Position numbers and translations under genes: made by a program. The notes under the pieces are model-generated. The model was not told where the DNA came from. It ran no database searches and was given only the letters and a program-made list of their open reading frames with translations. From Piromyces finnis finn (lineage: Eukaryota > Fungi > Neocallimastigomycota), in contig MCFH01000037.1 in NCBI GenBank assembly GCA_002104945.1, positions 62,001 to 126,000 on the forward strand: a DNA stretch of 64,000 nucleotides, written 5' to 3'. Positions 21,849 to 47,108 of the stretch are shown in pieces (position 1 is the first letter of the stretch; each line of letters starts with the position of its first letter).

Positions 21849-22236
21849 TTTTAATTTAATATATGATATAAATATTATAATTAAATGTGAATTTTATACT
21901 TGCAATATTTTTAATATTTAGTAACTTTTTTTTCTTTTATAAAATTTGTATTATATTTTTTTAATTATTAAAAATAATTATGAATAAAGTCTATCTTAAT
22001 AAGTAATTTTTAATTTATATTTTATTATGTATATGTATTTTTTTTTTTTTTAAATTATTGTAATAGTAAATAAAAAAGTTAAACTTTATTTTTATAAATA
22101 TTTTTTAAAAAGAATATTATTTCTCCTTCCAATAAGCAGTTTCTTGTATATAATAAAAGATAGAAGGAAAAATAATAATATATCCTTCAAAAGAACTAAT
22201 TTTTTTTTTTAGATTAATATTATTTTTTCGATTTCC

Positions 22237-22268
<32 letters not shown>

Positions 22269-23384
22269 ACTTGTCATAAATATTACATAATTTTTTTTAT
22301 TTTATTTTGCTATTATTATATTATAATAAATATAAATAACTATATGATTATCATATAATTTCATTTCAAATATATAGCAACAATATATTATTTTATATGA
22401 TAATACTATTTATATAATATAATATTTTAAATAAAGTTATTAATTATTATTATATTTTATATATTTTAGAATATATAATTTTTCATAATAGTATCCGATT
22501 TTTTCATCTATGCAGATATGGATTATTTTAATATTAAACCTTATATAATAATAGTTTGTTACCATTTTAATTTATGTTTTACTATTGATAATATTATAAT
22601 ATTATATTCGCTAATAGTAATAAAAGTTATAATTATTTTCCCTATTTCATTTTATCAATTACTATTATTTATTCATTATCAAATGTTGTAGTTTTTTTAA
22701 AATAATACCATTGAATTTATTAAAGAAAAAAAAAATGCATTTTAATATAATGGCTCTTTTATTATTGGAACGTACTAAAATTAAAAGGTCATATATATTA
22801 AAACATATTAGATTATTCTAATATATTAGAAAATAATATTGGTAATATATATATATAACTAAAAATTTCCAGCAATTATATTATTTTCATTAAATTAAAA
22901 TTTAACTAAAAGACTAAAAAAAATTTTTTATAAAAGTTTATTAATTAATAAATTTTTAATTTATGATGAAATATTCTATTTAAATAAAGCTGATTATATT
23001 AAAAAAGTTTTACATTTAAAATGTCAAAAACTTTGGATGATTTTACAATTTTATGTATTAATATTTTAAAGGAATGAATGAAAAATAAAAGATGATGCTT
23101 AAATATCAAAATAATTGTTTGATGATAAGAATATATATGATGGGATTATCAACAAACTTTAAACATGATAATAAAATATGTAAGAAAATGTATTTTCAAA
23201 TCAGATATAATGTTATTCTTTTATATGATCTTTTTTATCTATCATCTATTACAGTAAAATAAAATAATTTTAAAAAAAAATTTTCACAATTATACAACAA
23301 AATAATATTTTTATGGTAGTATTAAATAATAAATATATTTTGAAATAAAACAACAATTACAATAATACATAAAATGAGGAGTTA

Positions 23385-23388
<4 letters not shown>

Positions 23389-23416
<28 letters not shown>
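23389..23416. repeat. (CA)n microsatellite
   Basis: Run of about 14 CA units, read directly. Confidence 0.9.
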
Positions 23417-23691
23417 TTATCATCTTTGTGTTACTTTTATTACTTTTAAAATTGTTTACTATTTATTGTTTTTAATGTCAAATGTGGATAATTATAAATT
23501 GTTTTTAAAATTTTTATAATATTCTAACCAATAATAATATAAAAGTTATTATTTTAAATAGAAAATAATATGATAATCTAATTGGTTGAAATAATTCATT
23601 TTTTTATTTTTTTTAAATTTTTTTTTTTTTAAACTTTCCCTATAACTTATATATAGAAATCTGCTTTTTAAAATTGAAAATTCATGAAAAA

Positions 23692-24103
23692 ATGGCAGTA
23701 GGAATGAAAAATAATAAGAGACAAAATAGAAAGAGAAAAATTAATGATACTACACTCTTATCGGATTCTTTTAAAGAAGAGTTAAATAGTCGTGCAAATG
23801 GTAAATCGACTGAATATTTAATTACTAAAGTATCAAATGCTATCATTGGATTTAAAAAATTTGAAAGGAATATATAATTATTTAAGATAGAACAATAAAA
23901 ATCTTAAATTTTGAAGAAAATTATATATAATCTAATTATTATTTACAATATTTATAATATTTACCAATATTTACAATATTTATAGTTGATTTTAATTTTA
24001 AATTTCAAATATTTTTATAATTAAAAAATTTAAATTAAAAATCTTTTTCTTTTTTATATTCTAATTTTTAAACTACAACAAAAGCAACAAAATATTAATA
24101 TTT

Positions 24104-24138
<35 letters not shown>

Positions 24139-27100
24139 GATGTCAAATAATTTGAATTTTTTTTATTGATAATATTATTAAATATTTAAGTATTAAATGA
24201 ATAATTAAAAAATAATGAATGAGAATGCATTTATATTTAAGTAAATTAATAACATACAAAGATTTAATTTGAAATGGAATTTGAAGAAAATTAATGAAAA
24301 AAAAATATAAATTTTTGAACTATTAGATTTTTTTTATAAAATTATAATAAATTATTCTTTATAAAAAAACTATTTAAATGAAGAAATATTAATCAAATAT
24401 TATTTTTATTAATTAAAATATAATAAAGACGATAATGAATTAAATGAAAGATTTAATTTTAGATTCAATAAAAAAATTTTAAATAGAAAGAAGGACCGTA
24501 AGAAGGCAAGGGAATTAAAAAAGCAATTACAAAGGGAACATTCTTTAAGAAGAGTTAGTTTACAAATATATTTGTAATTTTATTTTTAAAAAATATTAAC
24601 AGTAAATAATATAAACATCTCTATTGTATTTTATAAATTTTAGAAACAATATTTACAGGGTGGAATAAATAATGACAAAAATGAAAAAGAACTAAATAAG
24701 AACAAGAATAAAAAAGTTAAAATAGATAAAGAAAATAATAAGAAGAATAAGTCAAAAGCAAATGAAAAGACTAAAGAGGAATTAGCTAAAGAGAGAGAAT
24801 CTCGTCAACTTAAAAAGTTTGCTGAAACCAATCCAGATCTTTATAGAAAATTACAAGAGGATCAATTAATTGAGTTAGATGGGGATAATACATTAGAATC
24901 TTTTGATCAAGGTTTTAAAGAAGATGATCGTATGATTAAACATTATGCTAAAAAATTGGGTATTAAAGATGAGCGTATTAATGAAGGAATTATTCCAGAT
25001 GCATTCAAAATGGATGGTCTTGACTGTAATGCTATCGAATTTGATATATGATATATTTATTAATTAAAACATTTATTTTAAATGATTCATTTTAATATTA
25101 TTAATTATTGATTAAATATATATTTTATATAATTATATAATTTCATTAATACTTTTAGATCTTATTGATGGTTTAAATGAATATAAATCAAGAAAAGTAA
25201 GTATATTGCAAATTATATTACAGTTTTCTTCTTTTATTTTTAAATAATATATAAGATATATTAACTTATTAAAAATTAAAAAAGAACAACAACTTCGATT
25301 ATAGTGCAAATATAGACAAAATTCCTGAAATAAAAGGCGTTGAAAAATTAGTTCCTGATGATGATGAACTTGAATTAATGAATTTTGATGATAATAATGG
25401 CGATATTGATGATGATATAATGGAAGAAATGAAAAGACTTGGTGCTGATTTACCGTCAGATGAAGAAGAAGATGATGATGGTATGTACGATTTAGAAGGA
25501 ATTGGCGATGATTTTAAATATGATGATGAGGAATTAAAAGAAGAAATAAATGAGGAAAATGAAGATATCGAAGAAGGAGATGAATGGAATGGAATTGATG
25601 AAGAAGAAGATGATGAAGTAAGCGAAAATAATGAAAAAACTGAGTCAGACTTAGAAGATGATGAAGAAGATGATGAAGAAGATGAAGAAGAGGATGAGGA
25701 AGAAGAAGAAGAAGAAGAAGAAGAGGATGATGATGAAGATGAAGGAGAAGGTGATAAAAAGACAGCAACTGAAGTTACTCCATCAGCAACACGTTAGTAC
25801 TTAGCAAATAAAATTATTTATGCATATTTTTAATCAAATTATAATAATAATTACATCTTAAAATTAATTTAATAGAAAAATATATTCCTCCACATTTAAG
25901 AAAACAACAAGCTTCTGAAAAGAGTGAAGAGTATATAAGATTGAAGAGAATTATTCAAGGTTTACTCAATAGGTATAATCAATTGCAATGATTTCTGGAA
26001 ATAAATCTTATTTATCTACTTTCTAATATATTAAAATCTTTATCATTTATTTTTATAAAATATTAGATTGAGTGATAATAATATAGAATCAATTGTAATG
26101 GAAATTGAGCAACATTATAGAAATAATAGTCGTCATGATGTTACAGAAATTATTATAGACTTAATATTAAATTATATTAGTGAAGGTGTTAATATGAATG
26201 AATCATTCATTCTTACTTATGCTGCCTTCCTTGCTGCTATTTATAATATTATTGGAATGGAAATTGGTATATATAAGCATTTAATATTTAACACACATAC
26301 ATAACAATTTAAAATCTGATTTTTAAACATTTTAATTATTAATATTAATAATAATCTAATATAAATTAATTTTATTTAAATAACAGGTGCTACATTTGTT
26401 CAAACAACGGTTGAAAAATTTAACAAACTCTATGATAATTATTTAATTAGTAATATTGATGCTGAAGAATCAGAGGATGCAATGGCTATTAGAAAAAAGT
26501 GCATAAATATAATTACATTCATTTCATATATTTATAATTTCCAAGTTGTATCATGCATTTTAGTATATGATATAATTAAACAATCTATTCACAATTTTTC
26601 CGAATTAGATGTTGAAGTATTATTAAAAATTGTTAAATGTTAGTAAAATGAAATTTGTTATATTTTATATATTATAAAGAATATATATATTTTAAAAAGA
26701 AATTATAAGAAAATTTTAATGTAATTTATTACTAATGATATTATTTATGGTATGAATGTATAGTATCTGGCAATCAACTCCGTTCTGATGATCCATTATC
26801 ATTAAAAGAAATTATTACTATGATCCAAGAATCCCCTAAGGTTAAAGATCCTAAGAAATTGAGTTTACGTACAAAATTCATGATTGAAGTTATTGTTGAT
26901 TTAAAAAATAATAAAATGAAGTCAAAAGTTATGAGTGATAACTCAACTGTTTCTGAATTTGATAAATTAAAAAAATTTATAGGAAATTTGATTAAGAAGA
27001 GAAAGGGTAATTATATTATTATTATTACTATAAGGATTTATTTTTAATGAAAGTAGAATTTTATTTAGTAAATAGTATCATCATTTTTATTATTATTAAA

Positions 27101-28043
27101 AAAAAAAAAAAAAAAGAAAAAGAAAAACAATATATGAAATTAACATAAATATATATATATATTTTTAATAATTACTATAGTTTATGGAAATGAAGCCCTT
27201 AGAGTTAGTATGGATGATATTAAGAATATAAAAATTAAAGGTAAATGGTGGCTCGTCGGTGCAGCTTGGTCAAATGATACATTTAGTGAAGAAAATATAA
27301 AGAAAATGAGAGGAGAAAATGATATTGCTACTCAAGAAAATGAACTTTTAGGTTTAGCTAAAAAGCAAAAAATGAATACCGAAATTAGAAAGAATATTTT
27401 TGTTACTATCATGGGTAGTGAAGATTGTGCAGATGCCTATGAAAAGTTATTACGTTTAAAGCTAAAGGATAAACAAGAACGTGAAATTATTCGTGTTTTA
27501 ACATATTGCTGTGGACAAGAAAAAGTATATAATCCATATTATGCTTTCATTGCTCAAAAACTTTGTTTCTATTCACATTCTCATAAAATTACCTTCCAAT
27601 TTGCATTGTGGGACTTCTTGAAAGAAACTATTAATACCTGTCCACTTCATAAATTATTAAACACAGGAAAACTTTATGCTCATTTAATTGCATGTAAATC
27701 ATTATCTATGTCAATTTTTAAAGTTGTTGATTTCACCAATCTTAGCTCTCCAAGATTACAATTATTCCTTAGAGTTGTTATTCTTAATACCCTTTTACGT
27801 ATTAATCAAGAACAAGATATACGTGAAGTTTTTGATCCAAGAAAATGGCAATCTAAAAAGAAGCAATCATTTGAACTTGATAGTAATATTTCTGGATTAG
27901 CAGATGGTATTAGTCTCTACAGTAGAAAATTCTTATTTACAGGATTAAATAATCATATAATTGAAATGGACAAGGTTCCCGAATTAAAGAAAAAATGTAA
28001 AATTTTACAAGAAGCTTTAAAGATTCGTAGTGTTATATTTTAG
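23692..28043 (+). CDS. SGD1: Nucleolar MIF4G and MA3 domain protein (Sgd1/NOM1), multi-exon, with acidic tract
   Basis: KYIPPHLRK then MIF4G start (RIIQGLLNRLSDNNIESI); MA3 region MNTEIRKNIFVTIMGSEDCADAYEKLLRL...EKVYNPYY; G(K)WWLVGAAW; long D/E tract at 25378-25797. The start at 23692 is tentative. Confidence 0.88.
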
Positions 28044-28466
28044 ATGATTATAATAATAATAGTAAAATAAAAAAAAAAAAAAAGTGAAATAATGACTAAA
28101 TTATTAAATAGATAGAATTAGAATATATTTAATTATTATTATTTGAAAAGTGATGTTTATTTATTTATTTTTTTTTATATGTAATATAAAAAATTACATA
28201 TAATAATTATTAATCGTAAAAACCTTTTAAATCATTTTTTTTATTATAAAATTTAATATTTGTAATAAAGATTTTATTTTTATATAAATTATTTTGTTAT
28301 TGATTAAGTAAAAATGTGTGTAATAAATTTATAAAACTAAAATATATTAATAATAAAATAGAAATATTGAATATTATTATAACTTTTTATAATATATAAA
28401 TAGTGAAAAATTAAATCTTTAAAAGGTATATAGATGATATTTTTATTACTAAAAATATATATTATA

Positions 28467-28575
28467 TTAAAATCTAGTCATATCAATCATGTACTTTTTA
28501 TAGATGGCCATTACTTTAATTACAAAAGCTTCAATATGGAAAATGGCTTTATTTCCCTTTTGTAAATTTGCTTCC

Positions 28576-28617
<42 letters not shown>

Positions 28618-30368
28618 ATGGGAAAAAAAAAAAAAAAAAAAAGAAAAAAATTTAAAGAAATTTATAATTATTTAATATATTATAGGTTAATTATTAATAT
28701 TTTAAAAGTTAAATAAACTCAAACAAATCAACATACATATTTAGCTGCTTCTTGGAAAATTCTTCCTTTTAGCTGGTTATCTACATTTTGAGCAAGTTCA
28801 AGAGCTAAAGTCTAATTAAAATTAATAATATATATTAATAAAATCGAACAATTTGTATATTTATATTATTATTAATAATTACTTTAATAATTAATGTTGG
28901 TGGAATACAATGGGCTATAAGTTCATAAAGTTTTCCTCTAACTTGTAAAGCTCTAATATTAAATGATATATTTATATATTTGCATTTCAATTAGATATTT
29001 TTTTTTTTTATTTTTAAAAAATTTTAAAATCTATGATTATAAAAAAATAATATATTTTCAAAAAAAAAAAAAAAAAAAAGAAAAAAAAATAAAAAACCTT
29101 TCAGGTGATTGTTCTTGAAGAATCATATTAGTTAAGTTTTTAATATATACTTCCCAATCTGGTAATACAACATTTTGATCTTCAGAAAATGGATATTGTT
29201 GAACACGAGCTGTTTCTAACATGAGAAGAGCTCTTCTTAAATTCCTGTTGGATTTATTAGCAATGGTATTGGCGAATTTTTGTGGTAATTTTATCCCTTC
29301 TTTACTAGCAACTTGATTTAATATATTTACAATCTTTTATTTATGTATATGTAATAGTTCAATATCATATTTAATTTTCAACTTTAAATATTTAATATAT
29401 TTTATATTACTTCATTTTCTTCCGGTGCTGAAATTCTTAATAATAAACAACGACTTTGAATTGGTGATATTATTTTACTTGTATTATCACAACATAAAAT
29501 TAATCTTAAATTTGATGAATATTTTTCCATAGTTCTACGAAGTGCATGTTGTGCATCTTTTGATAAGCGATCAGCTTCATTTAAAAGAACAACTAATATT
29601 CGAATTATAAATTATAATAATTTTTTAATGAAACAGATACATATTACAATTTATTATTACTATATAAGTAAAATTGTAGATAATTTTATCTTTATATATA
29701 TATATATTTTAAAAAAACTATTTTTGGACATAAAACTGATAATTTCTACCTTTGAATCTTTTTTGTGCATTTGAATCAATTTGTTGAGTTTGAGCAATTT
29801 CTTTAATGACATTTTGGATTATAACTCTATCTTGTGTAGTAACTTGTCTTTAATAAATATTAATTGGAAATAAATTATATTAATTATTAACAATCTTCTA
29901 TTTAATATTATAAATTATTATATATTTTTTTATCAGATTTGATAAATACCCTGGATTTAATTCAATATGATAATTACTAACAACTAAATTGAGATCTATT
30001 TTTTTACCTGAAGGTGTTTGATATTCTTTTTGGATAGTTTTCATCTTTTAAATGATTTCATTTTAATATTATTTAATTTTGTTAAATACTTTATTACTTT
30101 ATATTAAAAAAATAAAAACAAAACAAAACAAAAAAACAAAAAAAAAAAAATATATATATATATTTTTATATACCTTTTCTACACCACTACCAAAAAGTTC
30201 TTTTAAAACACAATTGATTCTTGTTTTTTTTCCTGCACCAGGTGGTCCGTAAAATATAATATGTGGAAAATCATTTAATTGCGTTAAAGCCTTAAGTTGC
30301 TTTGTTATATTTTCATGAAAATCGAGTTTATCTAATGATGTTGGTCTATATTTATCTACCCAAAGCAT
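28467..30368 (-). CDS. RFC5: Replication factor C subunit 5 (yeast Rfc5 / human RFC3), multi-exon
   Basis: MLWVDKYRP, Walker A variant YGPPGAGKKT, NRNLRRALLMLE, and C-terminal GNKAIFHIEAFV. Confidence 0.93.
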
Positions 30369-31345
30369 TGTTTTATGTTATTTTCAAACTGTTGAATGAA
30401 TAAATATTATATGAATAAATTATATAATAATAACAATAAAAATAATAAAAATGAATGATTAATACTAATTTGTATTTATAATTAATGAATCTTTAAAACA
30501 ATTATTTTTATTTTTTATTTCTTTTTTAATGAATTTCATGTTTGAAATTCAAATTTTTAATTGTAATATGAAAGAATTTTTTTAAATTTTGGAATTACAA
30601 CTTTCTTTTTCTTATATTATTAAATAATAATATAAAGTTTTTTTTTCATTATTTATTATTTTTATTATTTTATTTTATTTTTTTTTCTTTTTCGTTTATA
30701 ATTTTAATTTTTATGAGATTTTGATGTTTGAATGTATTGATTTTTCATTCATTCATATTATAAAATTTTGAATTATCTTAAATTTATATTATTAATAATT
30801 ATTATTATTGACATATTAATATAGTTGTATTTACTTTAAATATCCAAATTATAAAAAAAAAGTGTGTGATTTATATTTTTTTATAATAATTATAATAATT
30901 TAAATAGTTAATGGGTAAAAGACTTTGGTTATTTTTATATATATATAAAAGGAATAAAACTTTTTAAAAATATTTTTTTTAATAAAAATAGTATATTAAT
31001 TTTTTTTATAAATCTCTTTTTTTTTTTATTTTTTTTTTTTATTTTTATGTTGTACAAAATCTTATAGATATAAAAAAAGATGTTTAATTGAATAATTTTT
31101 TTAAATTTTTTATAATTTAGATTTTTATTAATACTTTTTATTTTTTACTATAAAAATATATCTTTACAGAAAATACATTAATATTAAAATAATAAAAAAA
31201 ATTATTTATTTATACGTTTAGTTTATGTTTGCATAATAATTTAAAATAAAAGTTTTTATGATAAATATTAAAAATTAAAATATTTAAAAATTTAAAATAG
31301 ATCTCGTAAAAGTAATTTAATTATATCTCATTCATTTATCTTGAT

Positions 31346-36861
<5,516 letters not shown>

Positions 36862-37688
36862 TTTGTTAATCTTTTTTTTATATATATTAATAATTAAATT
36901 TATCAATTAAAATTTTAAAGTAATAACAATTTCATGAAATTTACTTTTTATATAATTTGAAATTTATATATTGATATAATATGTTTCTTTTATGATTTTA
37001 ATTAATTATATCGGTATATAAATTTCACTTATAATTATTTTTTATTGCTATTTAATTATTAATAAAGAAAAATTAATTAACAATTAACAAATTTCAAAGA
37101 ATAAGTAAAGATAAAATGTTATAATATAGAATTTTAAAATTATTTTTCAATATACAATTATATATGTAATTTAATTAAAGCAATATATTAAATTGTATTT
37201 TACACCATCTTAATATATTTTGATTAATTTTTTACTATTAAAACCTAAATATTAATAATATTTCTAATCGTTTTGCTTCTTTACTTTTTTCTATTCCTTT
37301 TTATATATATATATATATATTTATCAATAAGAGAAATAATTAGGTCTTTTACTGAAAGAAATAAATATTAGTTAAATTAAATTAAATTAAATTTAATAAA
37401 TAAAGTTAAAGGAAAAATCAAAAAAAAAAAAAAAAGTCATTCATAATATCAATAATTTTTATATCAGAAAGGATTTAATGAAATCTTTAATGAAAAAATT
37501 ATTAAATTGCATCAATTCATAAAATAAAATCAATTAAATATAAAATGAATTAACTTAAAAATAATGAACAGTAATAGTCATATATAAATGAATAAAAAAT
37601 ATAAAATATAATTCACATCTTAAAAAATAATAAAAAAAAACATTTTTTAATTTAATTAAATTATTTAAAAAGCTATTTGTTTTTAAAA

Positions 37689-40600
37689 ATGAGTCAACAA
37701 CGTGCAAAAAGAATTTTATGGTCACCACACAAAAATATATCTCAATTTTTAGTTGGTGTACCAGATCTTAAACTTTATGATTACTATTCTTCAGTAAGTA
37801 AAAATATTTTGAATATAAATTTATTTAATAATTAATAATATTTCCCCCATATTAAATCATAAATATTCAATAATAAAATAAACTTATTATATTATTTTAT
37901 GTTCATATAATATTTAATTGTTTATTCCTTCATTAATAATAATTGTACAGTCAATTGATGGTATTCCTCAATGTCAATTAGTTGCTATTAATTCAGATAA
38001 TCAATTAATTAATAAGGTATTGATATAAGATATAAATTTCTATATTTATATACTTTAGTGTAAAGTACTATTAATTTTACCATTAGATATTATTTTGCTT
38101 TAATCTAATTATAATAATTATAATAATATAATTTGTGGCGTAAAATAATAAAAAGTGTTTTGCATGGTCACCAGATCCAGAGTATCAAAATGTTATAGCG
38201 GTGGGTCAGACAACAGGAAGAACATTGCTTATTCGTTTAAATGGATTTTCTTTATCTTCACTTCATAATACAGTTCCAAATCCAGCATATTTTTCGTCTT
38301 CTGGAAATTCTGGAAAAATTATTGGGGAATTTCAACCAACACACAGTAGAGCATGTAATATTGTAGCATTTTGTCCAGTAAATACAAATTTATTAGCTGC
38401 AGGTTTAGAAAAAGTCCGTAATGATCCTTGTCTTTATATTTGGGATGTTGAAACACAATTAAAAAGAAGTAAATTTTCAAATAATAATAGTAATGTGGAA
38501 GTTCGAATGGATGATTTCAAACCATTAAACCAGTTAAATAATATATATAATTTACAAAATGGAATCAATGGAATGCAAAACAATGAGAGATTAAATTTTG
38601 AAAAAAATAGTATTAACGGAAATATACCTCCACAAATGAATATGCCATATGAAAATCCTCAGGAATTTAAAAATATGTCACTTCCTATTAATAATATGAA
38701 TTATCAAAACATAAATTTAAATAATGGTTATAATATAGGAATGAATACTCAGCAAATACCTATTCAACAGCAAGCACATAATGTATCATTCAAAAATCAA
38801 AATATTAATCAAGTTTATAATACATCTACATCACCTCAAGCAATAAATGAAAAAGAAAACAGTAATATTTATATATTTATTTTATTTATCTTTTATTTAA
38901 TTTATCTATTAATATATATATAAATATATAATATTTACTACATATATTTTCAAACTCAATTATATATTGCTTTATATAAAGCTATCTATCATGACTCAAA
39001 TCCTATTATGTCACCAATTAAAGCATATAATACACAAAAGTATGTATTTTTATTATATTATTATTAAAATAAGTATATATAATTAAATAATCACAAATTA
39101 ACAAAAATAAAATAAAAAATATATGTAGTCCAAATCCATTAGCATTATATGGATCATCTGAAGCCGTTCAGTCAGCAGCATGGTTCCCAAGTGGTTCACC
39201 AAAAATTGCAGCAGGAATGGCTATGAAATATATTAGAATATATGATGTAAAAAGTAATTGATTTTTTTAATTATATATAACATTAATAGTTTATTTCATA
39301 TAGCTAATAAATAAATATACAATAATTAGGTAATGGCAGTAATGCACCAAGTATTATAATTTCAACCAAATCTGTTAATGGTGTTTGTGTTGATCCGTTT
39401 AATCATAATAGACTTGCTAGTTTTGGCGATGATGGAATAATAAAAATTTGGGATATTAGATATATTAATCATAACAATGATGCTATATCCTTTTACATAT
39501 ATATTCTTCTATTTATTTATTTTTAATTATTATATTATAAGTAAAATTTATGATTATTAAATTTTTTATCCTTAATCTAATAACACTTAATTAGCATTAA
39601 TAGTGAGTATAAACAAGGAATATCTCAAATTTTATGGTCACCTATTCGTTCAGGCTTTCTTGCAGCTTGTGGAAATAACTCTCAGTATTTAAATTTATGG
39701 AATATTCAAGAGGGGATTACAAAAGGATCAACGGGCTCATTGAATTTAAATTCTCAGTCTTTTAAATTTACAAATTCTCAGATATCTCTAAATAACAACG
39801 TAGATACATCACAAAATATTAATGAAGTTTCAAATAATACTGGAGAATCAGATAACAATGCTATGTATAAACCCGTAGCTAATAACTCAAATGCAGTTAA
39901 AAATTTAGAATCAGATACTAATTCAACTCAAAATAATGATGTAAATAATAAACATAACACCACTAATAATATACATAATAATTCCAATAACGCTAATATT
40001 GTAAAATCAAAATCTGAATCAACGAATATACCAATAATGTGGAAAATGAGACAAGGTAAATTAGGTTTAATAAAGTAATTATATTATTTATTATATATAT
40101 AATATAAAAATCAATATTAAGTTATCAATAATGTTAAATTCATAATCAATAATATAAAAAGCAAAATCAATTAGTTCTGGTGCAATTACAACATTTACTT
40201 GGATACCAATGTCATCAAATTCGACATCATGTTCACAACGAGTAATAGCTGTAGTAAAAGACTCAATTATTGAAGTATTAGATTTCAATGAATCATTTAA
40301 AATGAAATGGCACCCATTAGGAGGATTGACTTGCTCAAATAGTCACTCATTAACTATGTATGATACATCCTCAAAATCTGATATAAATGAAAATAATATT
40401 AAGAAATTAAATAGTCAACATATAGATGCTGTATTAAATCAACCAAGTAATATAAAAATACCACCAAATGCTATACCACCATTGCAACTGATGCAAAATG
40501 ATATTTCAGTAATTATGCGTGATAGAGCTATTGGTGGTTATTCTATGGATGTAAGTAATAATTAAAATATATATATATGGCAATTATCTTTTAACATTAT

Positions 40601-43164
40601 TTTTATTTAAATATTTAAATAGATTGAAAAAAATTTAAATATACCTGGATTAACTAATGAATTAATTGATTTATGGACATGGCTTAATGGTAATCATTCG
40701 TTAATTAATAATTAATGCTTTTTTATATTTATTTACTTTTTAATAAATTATTGATATTTATTATATATTATTATTTTTTTATAATTTGAAAATAATATAT
40801 TTTTATAGAGATAAAAATTTTATCATATAACGGAAAAACTATTTTAGATGGAAAAAATTACGCTTTAATGGGAATTTTATCTATAATTGATGAAAGAAAA
40901 GGTTTTTATATATAATTTGTATAGTCATTATATTATATATGAGTTATGATCAATCTTTTACTTATAATCTTGTATAATTATTTTAGAACCAAGTCAAAAA
41001 ATAAATATTAATCAATTAACTCAAAAGAACGATATGTCAAAAAGAAGAATGAGTAAATCATATGCAAATATTGTGTCCCAAAATATAAACAAACCTGATA
41101 ATAGACCATATATTGATCAAAATGAAATGATGTCTGAGCAAGAGAAAAAACAAATATATAAGCTTAATAGTAGTAATAATGAAATTAATCAAAATTATTT
41201 ATACCAAAATTATTCACCTAGTTTAGTAGGAAGAAATGAATACGATGAAACTGTTTCAACACCACAAGGAAAAGCATATAATTCAAATGCTATGCAAAAT
41301 ATGATAATAGATCAAAGTAATATTAATAGTCCAGCAAATTATAATTTAAATGAGCAACAACAACAAAGAATTATTCAATTATATCAAAATTCTGATCTTC
41401 CATTTCCAATTTATTATAGCCCAGAACGTCAATTAGCTCTTAAATTATGTGGCTGGGATTCAGGAACTGATCAATCTGAAGTGGAAGAAGCAATTCAAAG
41501 GTGATTTTTTTATATAAAAAATAAGCAAATGAATTAATAAAACTCATTATTATTTTTTTTTAAAAAAATATCAGTTTGGAAAGAGTTGGTGAATTTGAAA
41601 AGGCTGCAGGATGGGCAATTTTCCATTTATCAAGCTTAGAAAGAGCTATTAAAGCGTTAAATTCAAGTAATTATGAAAATCATAAATTGGTTGCAACTGC
41701 CTTAGCTGGTTTTACAAATAACAATAACAATAATAATAATAATGTATGGAAAGAATTATGTAAGTCTCTTAGTTTTGATTTGGTTGATCCATATTTAAGA
41801 TCAATATTCAGATTACTATCAAATCCATCTGGAAATGAAAAAGATTCTTGGAATATTATTTTGAATGAACCTGGTTTAAGTTTAAGTGATCGTGTAGCTA
41901 TTGCTTTGAGATTCTTAAATGATAATGATGTAAATATTAAAATATTTATATTTATAACCTTTTACTATTTTCAATGAAATATTTAAAAATAATGTTAATT
42001 TTATATTATTACTAACCTTCTTATTATTACAAATATAGTTAGATAATTATTTAAAAGATATAGCATCATTTTCAATAAATAATGGAAATTTAGAAGGTCT
42101 TTTATTAACTGGGTTAACACCATTAGGTATTGATCTTTTTGAGCAATATATCAATAAAACAGGTGATATCCAAACAACTTGCTTGGTCTTAAGTCAAGTT
42201 GTACCAAAAGTCTTTTCAAGTAACAAAGTTGTTGAATGGGTTGAAAAGTGATTATTCAATATATTTACATACTAAAAATAAATATTAATTTTTAAAAGAA
42301 ACATTAGATAATATATATTAATACTAAAATACTTTTTATTATAATAGTTACCGATTACTACTTGATCGTTGGCAATTATTTCATATTAGAGTCTATTTTG
42401 ATATCGCTCGTAGAAAAATTACAGATAGTATTGGCGACGAGCTTTCTAATCAATTAAATAATAAATTGACATTAAACAATCAATCTAATAGTAGTCCAAA
42501 TACTTATTTATCAACCATACCAATACCATCACAAATATATGTAAGGTGTAATTTTTGTAATCAATCTATTACCCACAATTTATTAAACTCATCTAAAACG
42601 AATGGACCTAATACTGTACCAGGAAATGCAAATGTTTTAGCAGCAACGACGCCAAATGGTACACCAGGAGCATCTAATAATTCTACTGTAGTTCCAAAAC
42701 AATATAAGGTAAATAAAATATATTAAAAATATATATTTTTTTATGTAGTATAATAATACTTCTTTATTTAAATATATCTATAGTCATCTGCATGTCCAAA
42801 TTGTAGAAAAGCATTACCACGTTGTTCATTATGTATGTTGCTAATGGGAACACCAATAGATACTATTCAAAATCAAAAGAAAGGAAATCATATTAATATT
42901 AGCGAATATGAAGGTATTACTATAAGTTACCAAAAAAAAATAAATAAATAACTTTAAAAATAGTTTATATATATACTTATAAAATTATATATTATAAAAA
43001 CTTTATATAACTAAAAAGATCCACAAAATAGCTTTAATTACTGGTTTACATGGTGTCAATCATGTTTTCATGGTGGTCATGCAATTCATATGATGGAATG
43101 GTTTGAAAATCATGATGAATGTCCTGTATCAAATTGTAACTGCAAATGTAAATTACTTGAATAA
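37689..43164 (+). CDS. MIOS: GATOR2/SEA complex WD40 protein Mio/Sea4, multi-exon
   Basis: N-terminal WD40s ([29 protein letters not shown]), [10 protein letters not shown], and C-terminal zinc motifs [14 protein letters not shown] and [19 protein letters not shown]...ECPV..CNCKC. Confidence 0.92.
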
Positions 43165-43934
43165 CTTACAAAAATAAATTTTATTCTTTGATAATTGTTA
43201 TATTTTTTTTTTTTATTTAAATAATATTTTTCAAAAAAAAAAAAATTCATAAAATAGAATATCAATAAATATTAAAGTAAATTTTGTATAAATATCTTTC
43301 AAATACCAAATGATTATTTAATAATGTTTTATTTATATATGTATTATATGTATTTAATAAATTTTGTATATATAAAATTTACTATATAATAAAATATATA
43401 TAAATAGTTAAATTATATTCATTTTTCTTTTATATAATATAAAGTTTGAATTTGTATCCAATAAATTCTGATTTTTTAAAGTAAATAATTTTATTTTATA
43501 TAAATGTTTTTTCATTTCAATAATGAATATTATAAGTAATAATAAAGATCATTGACGTTTTGAAAAATCATGGTATTAAGTTGACATAATTATGAGAATA
43601 TAGAATAATTAATAAAAATATAAGCCTGTATAATAAAATGAAATTGATAAATATTCTTTTCAGTAATTAAAATATTAATTATTATATTATATTAATTAAA
43701 AAAAACTACAATTCCTTAAATTATAATGATATTATAAAATGAATATCTTTATATTTCATATTATTTAAAAAAAAATAATAATAAAATAAAAATTTCCGTT
43801 TAAATTGTACCCAATTAATTATATTTGATTTTCACAAAACTTTATTAATTAGTATTATGTTTAGTAATATTGTTAATAAATGTAGATGTGTTATTTTTTA
43901 ATTTTAATATTAAATCGAAACTTTATAATAAAAA

Positions 43935-47108
<3,174 letters not shown>

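Noticed and set aside
25514-25768. His/Leu-rich ORF on the minus strand
   Set aside because: Antisense shadow of the SGD1 Asp/Glu tract.
28504-28716. ORF with poly-Phe/poly-Lys
   Set aside because: Produced by intronic T and A homopolymers, antisense to RFC5.
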